In this document: positions 52,029 through 62,513 of the stretch, piece after piece
How positions within the stretch are numbered: the stretch's first letter is position 1
Layout: every line of letters begins with the position of its first letter
Source: an uncultured Candidatus Entotheonella sp.
GTDB lineage: Bacteria > Tectomicrobia > Entotheonellia > Entotheonellales > Entotheonellaceae
Length of the DNA stretch: 64,000 nucleotides
Direction of reading: 5' to 3'
Assembly: GCA_965215335.1 (NCBI GenBank)
Contig: CBDCDA010000001.1
Span: 1,440,001-1,504,000 of the forward strand
Translations under genes and position numbers: made by a program
The notes under the pieces: model-generated
What the model was told of the DNA's origin: nothing
Databases searched by the model: none
What the model saw: the letters and a program-made list of their open reading frames with translations, nothing else

Positions 52029-52048
52029 GATTTGCCTTTCTCCTGTCT

Positions 52049-52219
52049 CTTAAAATTAAACACTAGTAAACTTAAGTCCGGTGCATATGTTGAGAAATGT
52101 TCCAACCCTTTCTGGGCACGACGCTTTCCTTGTGAGCAAGTTTTCCCCTGTGGACAAGAATTTATTCACACACCTGGTCTGCCGGCCCTTGTGGAAAACT
52201 GATAGCCGCAATTTCCACA
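52049..52219. other. Probable oriC: AT-rich segment plus DnaA-box cluster between dnaA-like gene and dnaN
   Basis: TGTGGACAA 52149-52157, TTATTCACA 52162-52170, TGTGGAAAA 52190-52198, ATTTCCACA 52211-52219, weaker TGTGAGCAA 52131-52139; AT-rich 52049-52076; canonical rpmH/dnaN context. Confidence 0.75.
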
Positions 52220-53220
52220 CCCGTCTCTGCAAGTGTCTTGCGCAGTACCCCGACAGTCCGCGCAAGGCCAGCATCGTCGTCTATCAGGCGGCCGATCTTC
52301 CTATAGGCGTTCTGGACCGTAGCTGTGCTGCGGCCGCCAAACAACCGTCCGATTTCCGACAACGGCACATCGGTCAGTTCCTGACACAGATACATGGCAA
52401 TCTGCCGCGGTATGAGAACGGCGTGGTCACGCTGCCTGGTCCTGATATTCGTCACCTTTACGCCAAAGTGGCCGGCGACGGTTTGCTGGATGACCGTAAC
52501 CCGCTGCTGACTCGTCGTGTGCGGCTGTCGCAGCATGTCGCTGATGAGTTCATCATCGATGGCACGGTCGCGCAGCGAGGCATACACCGCCATGCGGGCC
52601 AGGCTGTTCTCCAGTTCCCGAACGTTCATCCGGGAATCGGAGGCGATGAAACTCGCTGCGCCATTGGACAATGAGATACGATAGGCAGCGGCTTTCTGTC
52701 GGAGGATAGCGAGCCGTGTTTCCCGTTCCGGGGGCTGGATGTCGACGATGACTCCGCAGCTGAGACGGGACCGTAGCCGTAGGTCGAGGGGTGTGATGTC
52801 TTGCGGCGTTGTCGTGCTCGTCATGACGACCTGCTTGCCAGCGTTCAGCAGCTCGTCGAGGGTATGCAGCATCGTTTGCTGCGTGTAGTTCTTGCCGGCG
52901 ATGTCCTGGATGTCGTCTACAAGCAGGGTGTCCGTCTTCAGATACTGATTGCGAAGTGTCTCGATATAACCATTTTGCAGGGCGTTGTGCAGTTTATGGC
53001 TGAGGTTGTCTGGTGTCAGATAGGTGGTCTGCCAAGCGGGTTTACTCTCGCTGATGTGATGGCCAATGGCGTGCAGCAAATGGGTCTTGCCCAAGCCGTC
53101 TCCCGCCCGAATGAGCAGCAGATTGTAGATGGCGGCGGGGTTGTTGGCCACGGTCACGGCAGTTTGGTATGCGAGTTGGTTCGATGGTCCGACTATGAAG
53201 TTGACGAATGTGTGATTCAT
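52162..53220 (-). CDS. Divergent DnaA paralog lacking domains I-II (AAA+ plus altered domain IV)
   Basis: Starts at NHTFVNFIVGPSN (domain III start); AGDGLGKT, VDDIQ, RLRSRL, NVRELE, PRQIAMYL, GGRSTATV; in-frame stop 4 codons upstream of the ATG. Confidence 0.9.
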   Translation of the reverse strand: MNHTFVNFIVGPSNQLAYQTAVTVANNPAAIYNLLLIRAGDGLGKTHLLHAIGHHISESKPAWQTTYLTPDNLSHKLHNALQNGYIETLRNQYLKTDTLLVDDIQDIAGKNYTQQTMLHTLDELLNAGKQVVMTSTTTPQDITPLDLRLRSRLSCGVIVDIQPPERETRLAILRQKAAAYRISLSNGAASFIASDSRMNVRELENSLARMAVYASLRDRAIDDELISDMLRQPHTTSQQRVTVIQQTVAGHFGVKVTNIRTRQRDHAVLIPRQIAMYLCQELTDVPLSEIGRLFGGRSTATVQNAYRKIGRLIDDDAGLARTVGVLRKTLAETGVEIAAISFPQGPADQVCE

Positions 53221-53291
53221 GAGGGCGCCTCAAGGACTTGGGGGTCATGCTTGGCGTCCAATGGAAAGGGAAGAAGGTATCAGAACGGTAG

Positions 53292-53309
53292 AAATCCACA
53301 CTTTGCACA
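53292..53309 (+). promoter_or_regulatory. Tandem DnaA-box-like sites upstream of the short dnaA paralog
   Basis: AAATCCACA immediately followed by CTTTGCACA. Confidence 0.45.
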
Positions 53310-53456
53310 GGCCGAATACTAGCAAATTTGTCGTTCTGCGACAAAGTCTTATTGCATCTTCTCGGCGTTTCTTGACAGTCACTCGGCGTAGGTGATACCC
53401 TCTGCCTTCTCAAACCACACGTTTTCATCTTCATAACAGGCTGTTCCAACAAACCC

Positions 53457-53609
53457 ATGAAACGGACCTATCAACCGAAGAGGGTGAAGAGGTTGCGAAA
53501 GCACGGCTTCCGCGCCCGGATGGCGACCAAGGACGGTCGCCGCGTGCTGAGGCGGCGACGCCTCAAGGGCCGATGGCGTCTGGTCGTCAAGGCGAGTCGC
53601 AACGATTGA
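53457..53609 (+). CDS. rpmH: 50S ribosomal protein L34 (absent from the ORF track)
   Basis: [44 protein letters not shown]. Confidence 0.97.
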   Translation: MKRTYQPKRVKRLRKHGFRARMATKDGRRVLRRRRLKGRWRLVVKASRND

Positions 53610-53622
53610 TGGAAGATGGCGT

Positions 53623-53982
53623 ATGGGTGACCAGCGCCTGCAACCCGTAGAACGATTGCGGTGTCCGAGGGCCTATCGGCGGGTTTTCCAGCAGGGGAAG
53701 AAGCTGTTAAGTCCTCTCTTTGTCCTCTACATCCTGCCTACCTCGCAACCCCACTCGCGCTTGGGCTTGGCCGTGCCAAAACGCATTGGCGGGGCAGTGG
53801 TGCGTAATCGGGTCAAACGCCAGTTGCGTGAGGTGTTTCGCCGCCACAAGGACCTGTTGAACCCGAGCTGTGATGTCGTTGTCGTAGCCCGCAGTGCAGC
53901 GATCAATGCGTCGGCCAGCGTCTACAGGGAACAGTTTTGCGGGCTGTTACGCGACTGCCAGCGCAGGAAGCAAGAATCCTGA
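53623..53982 (+). CDS. rnpA: Ribonuclease P protein component
   Basis: RLGLAVPKRIGGAVVRNRVKRQLRE (RNR motif). Confidence 0.95.
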   Translation: MGDQRLQPVERLRCPRAYRRVFQQGKKLLSPLFVLYILPTSQPHSRLGLAVPKRIGGAVVRNRVKRQLREVFRRHKDLLNPSCDVVVVARSAAINASASVYREQFCGLLRDCQRRKQES

Positions 53983-53989
53983 GTTCTTC

Positions 53990-54226
53990 ATGACCAAACT
54001 ATTGATCGTTCTCATCCGGGTATACCAGAAGGCCCTGTCGCCTCTCTTTCCTTCGCCTTGTCGTTTCTATCCCAGTTGCTCTGAATACGTCGTCCAAGCG
54101 CTGCGCGCGTATGGGCTATGGCATGGCCTGTTGAAAGGCGCTTGGCGTGTCCTGCGCTGTCAGCCCCTGTCGCGCGGCGGTGTTGATCTTCCCATCCCCG
54201 GTGGGAATCGTGTCATAGGACATTAG
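53990..54226 (+). CDS. yidD: Membrane protein insertion efficiency factor
   Basis: IRVYQ..LSP, CRFYPSCSEY, RVLRCQP. Confidence 0.95.
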   Translation: MTKLLIVLIRVYQKALSPLFPSPCRFYPSCSEYVVQALRAYGLWHGLLKGAWRVLRCQPLSRGGVDLPIPGGNRVIGH

Positions 54227-54227
54227 C

Positions 54228-55922
54228 ATGGAAAAACGAGCCATCCTGGCCATCGTCTTATCCTTGGTCGTGGTCGTCGTGTGGTCGATTGTGTTCGCGC
54301 CTTCGACGTCACCCCCAACCGAATTTGATGATACGGCTCCGTCCGGCGCCCTTTCGCCCGATACACAGATACCGCCGGAATCCATCCGTATTGCGGAACA
54401 GAAAGCCGCACTCGCGGTCGCTCCAGGCGAAGCCGTCGAGCCGGCTGATTCTGAAGCTGAGGAGCGACTCATCCAGGTTGATACCGGCGTGACGCTCGTC
54501 ACCCTGACGAGCCGTGGCGCCGGGGTGCAAGCGATTCAGTTTCATGATTACCGGGAGGGTCTTGAAGACGACGCGGCGCCTATCGAAATTGCCCCGGTAC
54601 GCGGCGCGGCGACGGCGCCCCTGGCTGCCAACGTTGTGATGGACGGCACCTTGGCAATCCCGCTGGGCCGCCACATCTTCGTGAGCGACGGTGAGGACGT
54701 GATGCTGTCCGACAGCCACACGGAGGGCGACATTACTTTCCACGCCACTCTGGAGAACGGCGTCATCGTACGTCGTGTCTATCGTTTTGCCCGCGGGCGA
54801 TACGACTTCGAGGTGAGCACCTCGGTGGAGGGCCTGTCACCGCGTGCTAGCCATGCTCTGCATTTGCAATGGGGTCCTGGGTTGCTCGAACCCGACGAGG
54901 AAGAGCGCCGCGGCCAGACGGCCATCCTGCCCCGGAGCTACGTGAGCGGCAAAATCTTGGATGCGGTTCCAGACGAAGCCGGCGTGCCCGTCGTTGAGCA
55001 AGGACCGGTCTCGTGGGCCGCCCTCGGCGACACCTACTTTACTGCCGCTCTTATCCCCCGTGCGCCGCGGGCCGACGCCGTCATTGTCAGCCGCGGCCAG
55101 GAAGGTGCGTTGAATGTCGCCGTCCGCACACCACTGCTCCCCGACGACCCTCGGCAAACCGTGCAGGTGTATGTGGGGCCCAAGGAGAAACTCCTGCTGG
55201 AGGCCGTCGAGCCCTCGCTCAGCAAGGTCATCGATCTCGGTTTTTTCTCTCCCATGGCTCGTCCCATGTTGCAGCTTCTGCGCTTGGTCAACCGCTGGGT
55301 CCACAACTACGGCGTATCCATCATCCTCGTTACGGTCCTCATCAAGATCGTCTTCTGGCCGTTGACCCATAAAAGCTACAAGTCCATGAAGTCCATGCAG
55401 AAATTGCAGCCCAAAATGAAGGAGTTGCAGGCGCTGTACAAAGACGACAAGCAGGGCCTCAACCGCGCGATGATGCAGCTGTACCGCGACCAAAAGGTCA
55501 ACCCGATGGGCGGCTGCTTGCCGATGATCCTGCAAATCCCCTTCTTTTTTGCCTTCTATAACGCCCTCCTGTATTCCATTGAATTGCGCCACGCGCCGTT
55601 TATCTGTTGGGAAAACGAGATTCTTTGGGGTTTCCGTGGCATCTGTGACCTGTCGGTGTATGACCCGTCGTACATCACCCCCGTGCTGATGGGCGCCAGC
55701 ATGTTCTGGCAGCAGAGCATGATGCCCGCCGTGGGCGACCCGACGCAGGCCAAGATCATGAAGTTCATGCCGCTGATTTTCCTTTTTTTCTTTCTGAACG
55801 CGCCGGCCGGTCTGGTGGTGTACTGGCTGGTCAACAACGTGCTTAGCATCGTGCAGCAGATGTGGACGAACCGTGCCCGCGGGCGGGAAGAGGCCAGCGT
55901 CGGGGCTGTGAGCAAACGCTAG
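54228..55922 (+). CDS. yidC: Membrane protein insertase YidC
   Basis: N-terminal TM, periplasmic domain, NYGVSII, LQPKMKEL, NPMGGCLP, GLVVYW. Confidence 0.96.
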   Translation: MEKRAILAIVLSLVVVVVWSIVFAPSTSPPTEFDDTAPSGALSPDTQIPPESIRIAEQKAALAVAPGEAVEPADSEAEERLIQVDTGVTLVTLTSRGAGVQAIQFHDYREGLEDDAAPIEIAPVRGAATAPLAANVVMDGTLAIPLGRHIFVSDGEDVMLSDSHTEGDITFHATLENGVIVRRVYRFARGRYDFEVSTSVEGLSPRASHALHLQWGPGLLEPDEEERRGQTAILPRSYVSGKILDAVPDEAGVPVVEQGPVSWAALGDTYFTAALIPRAPRADAVIVSRGQEGALNVAVRTPLLPDDPRQTVQVYVGPKEKLLLEAVEPSLSKVIDLGFFSPMARPMLQLLRLVNRWVHNYGVSIILVTVLIKIVFWPLTHKSYKSMKSMQKLQPKMKELQALYKDDKQGLNRAMMQLYRDQKVNPMGGCLPMILQIPFFFAFYNALLYSIELRHAPFICWENEILWGFRGICDLSVYDPSYITPVLMGASMFWQQSMMPAVGDPTQAKIMKFMPLIFLFFFLNAPAGLVVYWLVNNVLSIVQQMWTNRARGREEASVGAVSKR

Positions 55923-55941
55923 GCAAGGGGGTGGAGGTGGT

Positions 55942-57330
55942 GTGGAAGCGGCCTGGCACGACACGATAGCCGCTCTTGCCACGCCGTTGGGCGTTGCCGG
56001 GATCGGCGTGGTGCGCATCAGCGGTCCGGACGCCGTCGCGGTGGCGCAGCGGGTGTTCGTGCGGCCCAGCGGCCTGCCGCTGGCAGGCCCGCAATCGCAC
56101 CGCGTTTATCATGGATTCGTGGTCGATGAACGGGGTGAACGGATTGACGAGGCGCTGCTCTGCGTCATGCGGCAGCCGAACTCCTATACGCGCGAGAATG
56201 TGACGGAGATCAGTTGCCACGGTGGCGTGATGACCACGCAGCGGGTCCTGGAGACGGTTTTGGCGCTGGGTGTCCGGGTGGCCGAGCCCGGTGAGTTTAC
56301 GCGGCGGGCGTTCCTGAACGGACGCCTCGACCTCACCCAGGCCGAGGCGGTCATCGACCTGATCAATGCTCGTACCCAGGCCAGCCACCGGGCAGCCATC
56401 CATCAACTCGACGGTGCCCTGTCCCGCCATCTCCGGGCGATGCGCGAGGAATTGATACAGGTCAGTGTCTACCTGGAGGCGGGGATCGACTTTCCCGAAG
56501 AAGACCTGCCATTGGTCTCCGCGGCGCTCCTCTGCAAGCGGTTGCAGGGTGTGGCAACACAGTTGGAGGTTCTCAGCGCCTCGTTTGCGCGTGGCCGCTT
56601 GCTGCGCGATGGTATGGCCGTGGCTGTCGTCGGGCGTCCCAACGTGGGGAAATCCAGTCTGTTGAACGCCTTGTCGGGCCGCGACCGCGCCATCGTATCG
56701 CCGCAGCCGGGGACAACGCGTGACACCATTGAAGAGGAATTGAGCATCGACGGCGTGCTGGTGCGTTTGACCGATACCGCCGGCCTGCACACTGCGACGG
56801 ATTTGATCGAGCAGGAAGGCATGCGCCGCGCCCGCACCGTTGTGGAACGCGCCGAGTTGCTGATCGTTGTGCTCGATGGCAGTATCGCACTGACCGCGGA
56901 CGACCTTCTCGTGCTGGCCGAGACCGCCGGCGCACCGCGCCTGCTGGTGCGCAACAAGTGCGACCTGCCGATGCCCTGGACCCCTGCCGACCTGCCATCG
57001 TCAGGCGCGCCAGACTCCATGCTCGACGTCTCGGCCCTGCATCAGCGCGGCCTGCGCGAGCTTGAGCAGGCCATCGTGCGGCAGGCGCTGGGCCATGAGC
57101 CGCCCAACCAGGATGAGATGCTTCTGACCCGCGCCCGGCACCATCAGAACATCGTCAGCGCCATGCAGGGCGTTCGCGCGGCGCAGCACGGTCTGCAACA
57201 CGGGATGCCGCTTGAGTGCGTGGCGCTCGAGGTCGGCGAGGCCTTGCAGCATATCTCTGACGTGCTCGGGGAGGGCGTTGCCGGCGAAGTTTTGGACCGC
57301 ATCTTCCACCAATTCTGTGTGGGCAAATGA
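55942..57330 (+). CDS. mnmE: tRNA modification GTPase MnmE
   Basis: [36 protein letters not shown]. Confidence 0.97.
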   Translation: MEAAWHDTIAALATPLGVAGIGVVRISGPDAVAVAQRVFVRPSGLPLAGPQSHRVYHGFVVDERGERIDEALLCVMRQPNSYTRENVTEISCHGGVMTTQRVLETVLALGVRVAEPGEFTRRAFLNGRLDLTQAEAVIDLINARTQASHRAAIHQLDGALSRHLRAMREELIQVSVYLEAGIDFPEEDLPLVSAALLCKRLQGVATQLEVLSASFARGRLLRDGMAVAVVGRPNVGKSSLLNALSGRDRAIVSPQPGTTRDTIEEELSIDGVLVRLTDTAGLHTATDLIEQEGMRRARTVVERAELLIVVLDGSIALTADDLLVLAETAGAPRLLVRNKCDLPMPWTPADLPSSGAPDSMLDVSALHQRGLRELEQAIVRQALGHEPPNQDEMLLTRARHHQNIVSAMQGVRAAQHGLQHGMPLECVALEVGEALQHISDVLGEGVAGEVLDRIFHQFCVGK

Positions 57331-57349
57331 CCCTTGTAAGGAGCAGGCC

Positions 57350-59290
57350 ATGCCCGTCGCTCACAGCTTGCCAGCAAGAGGACGCGCCTATGACGTGATC
57401 GTGGTGGGAGCCGGGCACGCCGGCTGCGAGGCCGCCTTGGCCGCGGCGCGCATGGGGTGCCGCACCGCCGTTTTCACCACCAACCTGGACAGCATCGCCC
57501 TGATGCCGTGCAACCCCGCCGTCGGCGGCATTGCCAAAGGCCATCTGGTGCGCGAGATCGACGCCATGGGCGGCGAGATGGCCCGTTGTATTGACAGGAC
57601 GGGCATTCAGTTTCGCGTCCTGAACCGCAGCAAGGGCCCCGCCGTGCGTGGCTATCGCGCCCAGGCCGACAAGCTGGGTTACCGCCTGGAGATGAAAGCG
57701 CGGCTGGAGGCGCAGGACGGTCTGGACATCAAGCAGGCGCTCATCGAGCGCCTGCTGGTCGAGGGCGACCGCGTCGGTGGCGTTGTCACCCAGCTGGGCG
57801 AGACGTACCAGGCCCGCGCCGTCGTGGTCAGCACCGGCACCTTTCTCGGCGGCGTCATTCACGTCGGCCTCGGACAGTTTCCCGCCGGCCGCGCCGGTGA
57901 GTTCGCAGCCAATGGGCTGTCGCGGGACTACGCCGATCACGGCTTCCCGCTTGGCCGTCTCAAAACCGGCACCTGTCCGCGCCTAAACGCCCGCACCATC
58001 GACTTCGACAACCTGGAGGTGCAGCCCGGCGACGACCCGCCGCCGCCGTTCTCGTTCGATACCGCGGCCATTACCCAATCCCAGTTGCCCTGCTATCTGA
58101 CCTATACCAACGACCGCACGCACGACGTCATCCGGCAAAATCTCGCTCGCTCGCCGCTGTACAGCGGCGTGATCACGGGTGTCGGCCCGCGCTATTGCCC
58201 GTCGATCGAGGACAAGGTCAAACGCTTCCCCGACAAGGCGCGGCACCAGATTTTCCTCGAACCCGAAGGCCGCGACACGGTGGAAGTCTATCCGAACGGC
58301 ATCTCGACCAGTCTGCCCGAAGACGTGCAGGTCGCCATGGTGCGTACGATTCCCGGGTTGGAAGAGGCCGAGGTCATGCGTCCGGGCTATGCGGTGGAGT
58401 ACGACTTCGTGCCGCCCACCGAACTGCGCCCGACCCTGGAGACCAAACGCCTTGCCGGCCTCTACCACGCCGGCCAGATCAACGGCACCACCGGCTACGA
58501 GGAGGCCGCAGCGCAGGGGCTGGTGGCCGGCATCAACGCGGCGCTCCAGGTGCAAGGACGCCCGGCGCTGGTCATCAGGCGCACCGAAGGATACATCGGC
58601 GTCCTCATTGACGACCTGGTGACGCTGGGCACCAGCGAGCCCTACCGCATGTTTACCTCGCGCTCGGAGTACCGCCTCATCCTGCGGCAGGACAACGCCG
58701 ACCTGCGGCTGCGCGACAAGGGCTACGAGGTGGGCCTGGTGCCGGAGGATACCTACCGGCGTTTCTGCGACAAACGTCAGTACATCGAAGCCGAGGTCGG
58801 CCGCCTGGCTGCCAGCCGCGTGATGCCCCACGCCGGGGTCAACGACTTGCTGGCGCAACACGGCACCGACACGCTGAGCCAGCCGGCCTTTGCGGCGGAA
58901 CTGCTCAGGCGGCCGCAATTGACCTACGCCGATGTGCTGCAGCTGCTGGGCGAGGCGCCCGGGCTCGGCCCGGAGGTGATCGAGCAGGTCGAGATTCACC
59001 TGAAATATGAAGGCTACATCCGCCGGCAGCTCGAACAAGTCGCGCGCGTCGCGCGACTTGAAGACATGCCGCTGCCGACCAATTTCGATTACCGCCAGGT
59101 GCCCGGCCTGTCGCTCGAGATTCAGGAAAAGCTGCTGCATATCCGGCCGGCCTCGCTGGGACAAGCCGGGCGGATTTCCGGCGTCACGCCCGCGGCGGTG
59201 GCCATCCTCATGGTTTATTTTCAGAAGCATCGCAGCCCGCATGCCCCCCATCGAGCAACGTCTCAGGAAGCGCCTCTGCCAGCAGGCTGA
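57350..59290 (+). CDS. mnmG: tRNA uridine-5-carboxymethylaminomethyl synthesis enzyme MnmG (GidA)
   Basis: [49 protein letters not shown]. Confidence 0.97.
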   Translation: MPVAHSLPARGRAYDVIVVGAGHAGCEAALAAARMGCRTAVFTTNLDSIALMPCNPAVGGIAKGHLVREIDAMGGEMARCIDRTGIQFRVLNRSKGPAVRGYRAQADKLGYRLEMKARLEAQDGLDIKQALIERLLVEGDRVGGVVTQLGETYQARAVVVSTGTFLGGVIHVGLGQFPAGRAGEFAANGLSRDYADHGFPLGRLKTGTCPRLNARTIDFDNLEVQPGDDPPPPFSFDTAAITQSQLPCYLTYTNDRTHDVIRQNLARSPLYSGVITGVGPRYCPSIEDKVKRFPDKARHQIFLEPEGRDTVEVYPNGISTSLPEDVQVAMVRTIPGLEEAEVMRPGYAVEYDFVPPTELRPTLETKRLAGLYHAGQINGTTGYEEAAAQGLVAGINAALQVQGRPALVIRRTEGYIGVLIDDLVTLGTSEPYRMFTSRSEYRLILRQDNADLRLRDKGYEVGLVPEDTYRRFCDKRQYIEAEVGRLAASRVMPHAGVNDLLAQHGTDTLSQPAFAAELLRRPQLTYADVLQLLGEAPGLGPEVIEQVEIHLKYEGYIRRQLEQVARVARLEDMPLPTNFDYRQVPGLSLEIQEKLLHIRPASLGQAGRISGVTPAAVAILMVYFQKHRSPHAPHRATSQEAPLPAG

Positions 59291-59921
59291 GCGCCGCGGT
59301 CTGGACCTCTCCGAGGTCCAGGTGGATACGTTGATGCGCTACCTGGACCTCGTGTTGCAGGCGCGTCCGCACCTCAACCTCACCGGCCTGCGCGATCCCG
59401 AGCGCATCCTCGACGTGCTCATCGTCGAGTCTCTCGATTTCTGTCGGCCCGACCTGATTCCAGCCACCGGGCGTGTTCTTGATCTCGGCACCGGTGCCGG
59501 CGTGCCGGGGATGACCCTGGCCGTCTGGGGCAGTAACCTGCATCTCACCCTGCTCGACCGCACCCAGAAGAAAATCGCCTTCGTGCGTCGCGCCGCCCTG
59601 GCCCTGGGGCTGCACAATTGCCACCCCGCCTGGGGCTCCGCTGAAGAACTGTCGCGGCGTGTGCTCCCGGGCGAATGCTTCGACGTCGTTGTGGCGCGCG
59701 GCGTTGGTTCCATCGCGCACCTCGTGCGGCTCGCCCGGCCCTTATTGCGCCCGCACGGAAAACTTGTGCTACGCAAACCGTTGAGTACCCCCGATCACCA
59801 GGGGGCCGAGGCATTGCTGGCCTCTCCCGCCTGGTCCGGCATGTGCTCATTCTCGTTGCCCGAAAGCGATGCCATGCCGTGGGTCCTGCTGGCTATCGAG
59901 CGGGCCGCGGCCGCCGACTGA
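59241..59921 (+). CDS. rsmG: 16S rRNA m7G527 methyltransferase RsmG (GidB)
   Basis: [22 protein letters not shown]; follows mnmG. Confidence 0.9.
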   Translation: MPPIEQRLRKRLCQQAERRGLDLSEVQVDTLMRYLDLVLQARPHLNLTGLRDPERILDVLIVESLDFCRPDLIPATGRVLDLGTGAGVPGMTLAVWGSNLHLTLLDRTQKKIAFVRRAALALGLHNCHPAWGSAEELSRRVLPGECFDVVVARGVGSIAHLVRLARPLLRPHGKLVLRKPLSTPDHQGAEALLASPAWSGMCSFSLPESDAMPWVLLAIERAAAAD

Positions 59922-59982
59922 AGATCAAGTCGTTGCCTTGAGGAAGCCTGTCACCCATGGACCGGGATAGGGAGTCACTCGG

Positions 59983-60849
59983 ATGTCATTGCCGGTAGCA
60001 GAAAATAGGGAAGGGATCCTGTCGCTGAATACACCGTTCGAGGCGTTGCCGCTGGTATGTGTGGATGTCGAGACGACCGGGTTGACGCCGGACAGGGGTG
60101 CCCGGGTCTGCGAGATTGCCTTGCTGCGCAGCGAAGGGGGGCGGGAAGTGGCGCGTTTCGAGTCGCTGGTGCAGCCGCAGCAGCCGATACCGCCGGAGGT
60201 GATCCGCGTGCACGGCATTACCGACGCCATGGTCGCCGAGGCGCCGATCTTCGCGGTCCTGCTGCCGGATATTCGAGACCTGTTGTACGGTGCCGTGGTT
60301 GTCGGCCACAACGTGCACTTCGACCTGCGCTTCCTGCGCCACGAATGGCATACCGCCGGCGTCACGGGTGGCGTGCTGCCGGAATGTGCGGCGATCGACA
60401 CCCTGGCCCTGGCTCGTACGTACTTCGATTTCCCCCAAAACGGCCTCGGTGCGATTGCCGCCACCCTCGGCATCGTCCATACCGCCGCGCACCGCGCCAT
60501 GGGCGACGTGCTGGCCACCTGGAACGTCCTGCAGCATTTCGTGGCGGCATTGCGCCGCCACGGGCCGGTGACGCTGGCCGATCTGTTCCTGCCGCGCCTG
60601 CCTGACGACGCCGGTGCCGGTACCCGCGACCTGGTAACCACCCTGCAAGACGCCCTGCCTGAAAGCATCCCATTGCGCATGCGCTACCGCGCCTGGCGCG
60701 CCTCCGAAACCGTCCGCGTGGTACAGCCCCTCGCCGTCTACTTCCAGAGCGGCCACGGCTTCCTTCACGCCTTCTGCCACCTGCGACGCGAGGAGCGGCA
60801 CTTCCGCCTGGACCGCATCCTCGAGCTCGAGCCGTTAGGTGACGAGTAG
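59983..60849 (+). CDS. DEDDh 3'-5' exonuclease fused to a C-terminal WYL domain
   Basis: DVETTG, GHNVHFD, DT, HRAMGD; C-terminal MRY..R.VQP..FLHAFCHLR.EERHFRLDRI. Confidence 0.85.
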   Translation: MSLPVAENREGILSLNTPFEALPLVCVDVETTGLTPDRGARVCEIALLRSEGGREVARFESLVQPQQPIPPEVIRVHGITDAMVAEAPIFAVLLPDIRDLLYGAVVVGHNVHFDLRFLRHEWHTAGVTGGVLPECAAIDTLALARTYFDFPQNGLGAIAATLGIVHTAAHRAMGDVLATWNVLQHFVAALRRHGPVTLADLFLPRLPDDAGAGTRDLVTTLQDALPESIPLRMRYRAWRASETVRVVQPLAVYFQSGHGFLHAFCHLRREERHFRLDRILELEPLGDE

Positions 60850-60934
60850 GGGGATCTTGGGCCGGCGTGGGCGGTGACGTCGCGCGGGTCGATAGCCTGG
60901 AATACCTGCTCCACGGCGATCTGCAGAAACACCC

Positions 60935-61110
60935 ATGCCGGTTCTGTCCAACGTTTTACGGTATAGTGATTCGCATGTGTTTCTACGACGACAAGCAACA
61001 CCACAGGCCCCATGTGCATGCCGAGTACGCCGGAGAACAGGCGGTGTTCGGCATCGGTGAGGGGGAGGTATTGGCTGGCGGCCTGCCTTCCGGGAAAGCC
61101 CGATTGGTAT
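60935..61110 (+). pseudogene. Frameshifted, truncated DUF4160-family gene
   Basis: ATG CCG GTT CTG TCC then +1 shift into TFYGIVIRMCFYDDKQHHRPHVHAEY..GEVLAGGLP..ARLV, after which similarity ends. Confidence 0.7.
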
Positions 61111-61172
61111 CAGAATCCCGCCGCCTTCCGCTGACCCCAACATCGCAGAACGTGCATAAGGAGAACCAGCTC

Positions 61173-62378
61173 ATGGCCCAAAAGCCGCTGCTTGACGGGA
61201 TTCGTGTACTCGACCTGGGGCGCTTCATTGCCGCGCCGTATGCCGGGCAGTTGCTGGCCGACCTCGGCGCCGAGGTGGTGCGGGTGGAGCGCCCGGGGCC
61301 GGAGCCGGACCGGCTCCGGGGACCGCATCTGAACGGCGATTCCATGTACTTCGTCACCATCAACCGCCACAAGAAATCCGCCGCCTTCAACCTGTTCGAC
61401 GAAGCGGGCCGGCGCCTGCTCGATCGGCTCATCGTCAACGCCGACATCCTCATCCAGAACTACTCGCCGCGCGTCGCGCGCGACCTCGGCTTCACCAGGG
61501 AGCGGCTGCTCGGTCTCAACCCGCGCCTGATTGCGCTGTCCATTACGGGTTACGGCGCCGGCGGACCGGACGCCGAGCGGGTGGCCTTCGACGGGCTGGC
61601 GCAGGCGCGGAGCGGCGCCATGGCCTGCAACGGCAGCGGCCAGCCGTTTCTCAACCACCTGCCGTACGTCGATTTCAGCACCGCCCTGTACGGCGGCTTC
61701 GGCGTCATGGCAGCCCTGTACGACCGCGAGCGCACCGGCAAGGGGCAGTTCGTGGAAGTGTCGCTGATCGAAACCATCAGCGCCTTTGCGGGCACCTACG
61801 GCATGATCGCCGAAACCGCGCTGACCGGTACCACCCGCCACCGGCAGGGCAACGCCCTGGTCTACGCGCTCGGCGACTGCGTGCAGGCCAGCGACGGCGG
61901 CTTCGTGATCTTCAACTGCATCGGCAACATGTTCAAGCGCTTGTGCGAGATGATCGGCCGCCCGGAGTTGCTGGACGACCCGCGCTTCGCCACCGACGAC
62001 CTGCGCCACACCAACCGCGACGCGCTCATGGCGCACGTCACCGACTGGGCGGTCGGCCTGGCGACCCCCGACATCCTCGCCGCCGCCGAGCACTTCCACC
62101 TGCCCTTCGAGCGCGTCAGTACGGTGGCGGACTTGGCATGCGATCCGCATGCCGCGGCGCGCGCCCTGTTTCCGCGCGTCGATCAGCCTGGCATGGGGCC
62201 GATACCGGTCGCCCGGCAGGGGTTGAACCTCAGCGCCCATCCGCATCCCGACCTGCGCCCGGCACCGGCCATCGGCGAGCACACCGTGGAGGTGCTGCAG
62301 GACTGGCTGGGCTACACCCCGGAGCAGGTTCACGAGTTGCTGGAGGAGGCCGTTGCACTTGCCGCTGAGGTCCGTTAG
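61173..62378 (+). CDS. CaiB/BaiF family (class III) CoA transferase
   Basis: AAGGAG RBS; LDGIRVLDL, LADLGAEVV, NRHKKS, PYVD catalytic Asp, GEHT. Confidence 0.92.
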   Translation: MAQKPLLDGIRVLDLGRFIAAPYAGQLLADLGAEVVRVERPGPEPDRLRGPHLNGDSMYFVTINRHKKSAAFNLFDEAGRRLLDRLIVNADILIQNYSPRVARDLGFTRERLLGLNPRLIALSITGYGAGGPDAERVAFDGLAQARSGAMACNGSGQPFLNHLPYVDFSTALYGGFGVMAALYDRERTGKGQFVEVSLIETISAFAGTYGMIAETALTGTTRHRQGNALVYALGDCVQASDGGFVIFNCIGNMFKRLCEMIGRPELLDDPRFATDDLRHTNRDALMAHVTDWAVGLATPDILAAAEHFHLPFERVSTVADLACDPHAAARALFPRVDQPGMGPIPVARQGLNLSAHPHPDLRPAPAIGEHTVEVLQDWLGYTPEQVHELLEEAVALAAEVR

Positions 62379-62396
62379 CCGCGGCGAAAACTTCAC

Positions 62397-62426
62397 TTGA
62401 TGTCTCCGGAGTGGCGGTGCTAGGAT
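62397..62426 (+). promoter_or_regulatory. Putative extended -10 promoter of the symporter
   Basis: TTGATG-18 bp-TAGGAT with TG immediately upstream (TGcTAGGAT). Confidence 0.4.
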
Positions 62427-62513
62427 GCGCTGCCTTTTAGCAAAGCCTTAACGGGCGTCCTGTGTCATGCGCGGAGGCCGACATGAGCTAGCATCCTACG
62501 GGGGGACGGCGAG

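Noticed and set aside
62421..62497. TAGGATGC/GCATCCTA pairing as a riboswitch upstream of the symporter
   Set aside because: The 5' arm coincides with the predicted -10 box and would not be transcribed; no recognisable riboswitch consensus
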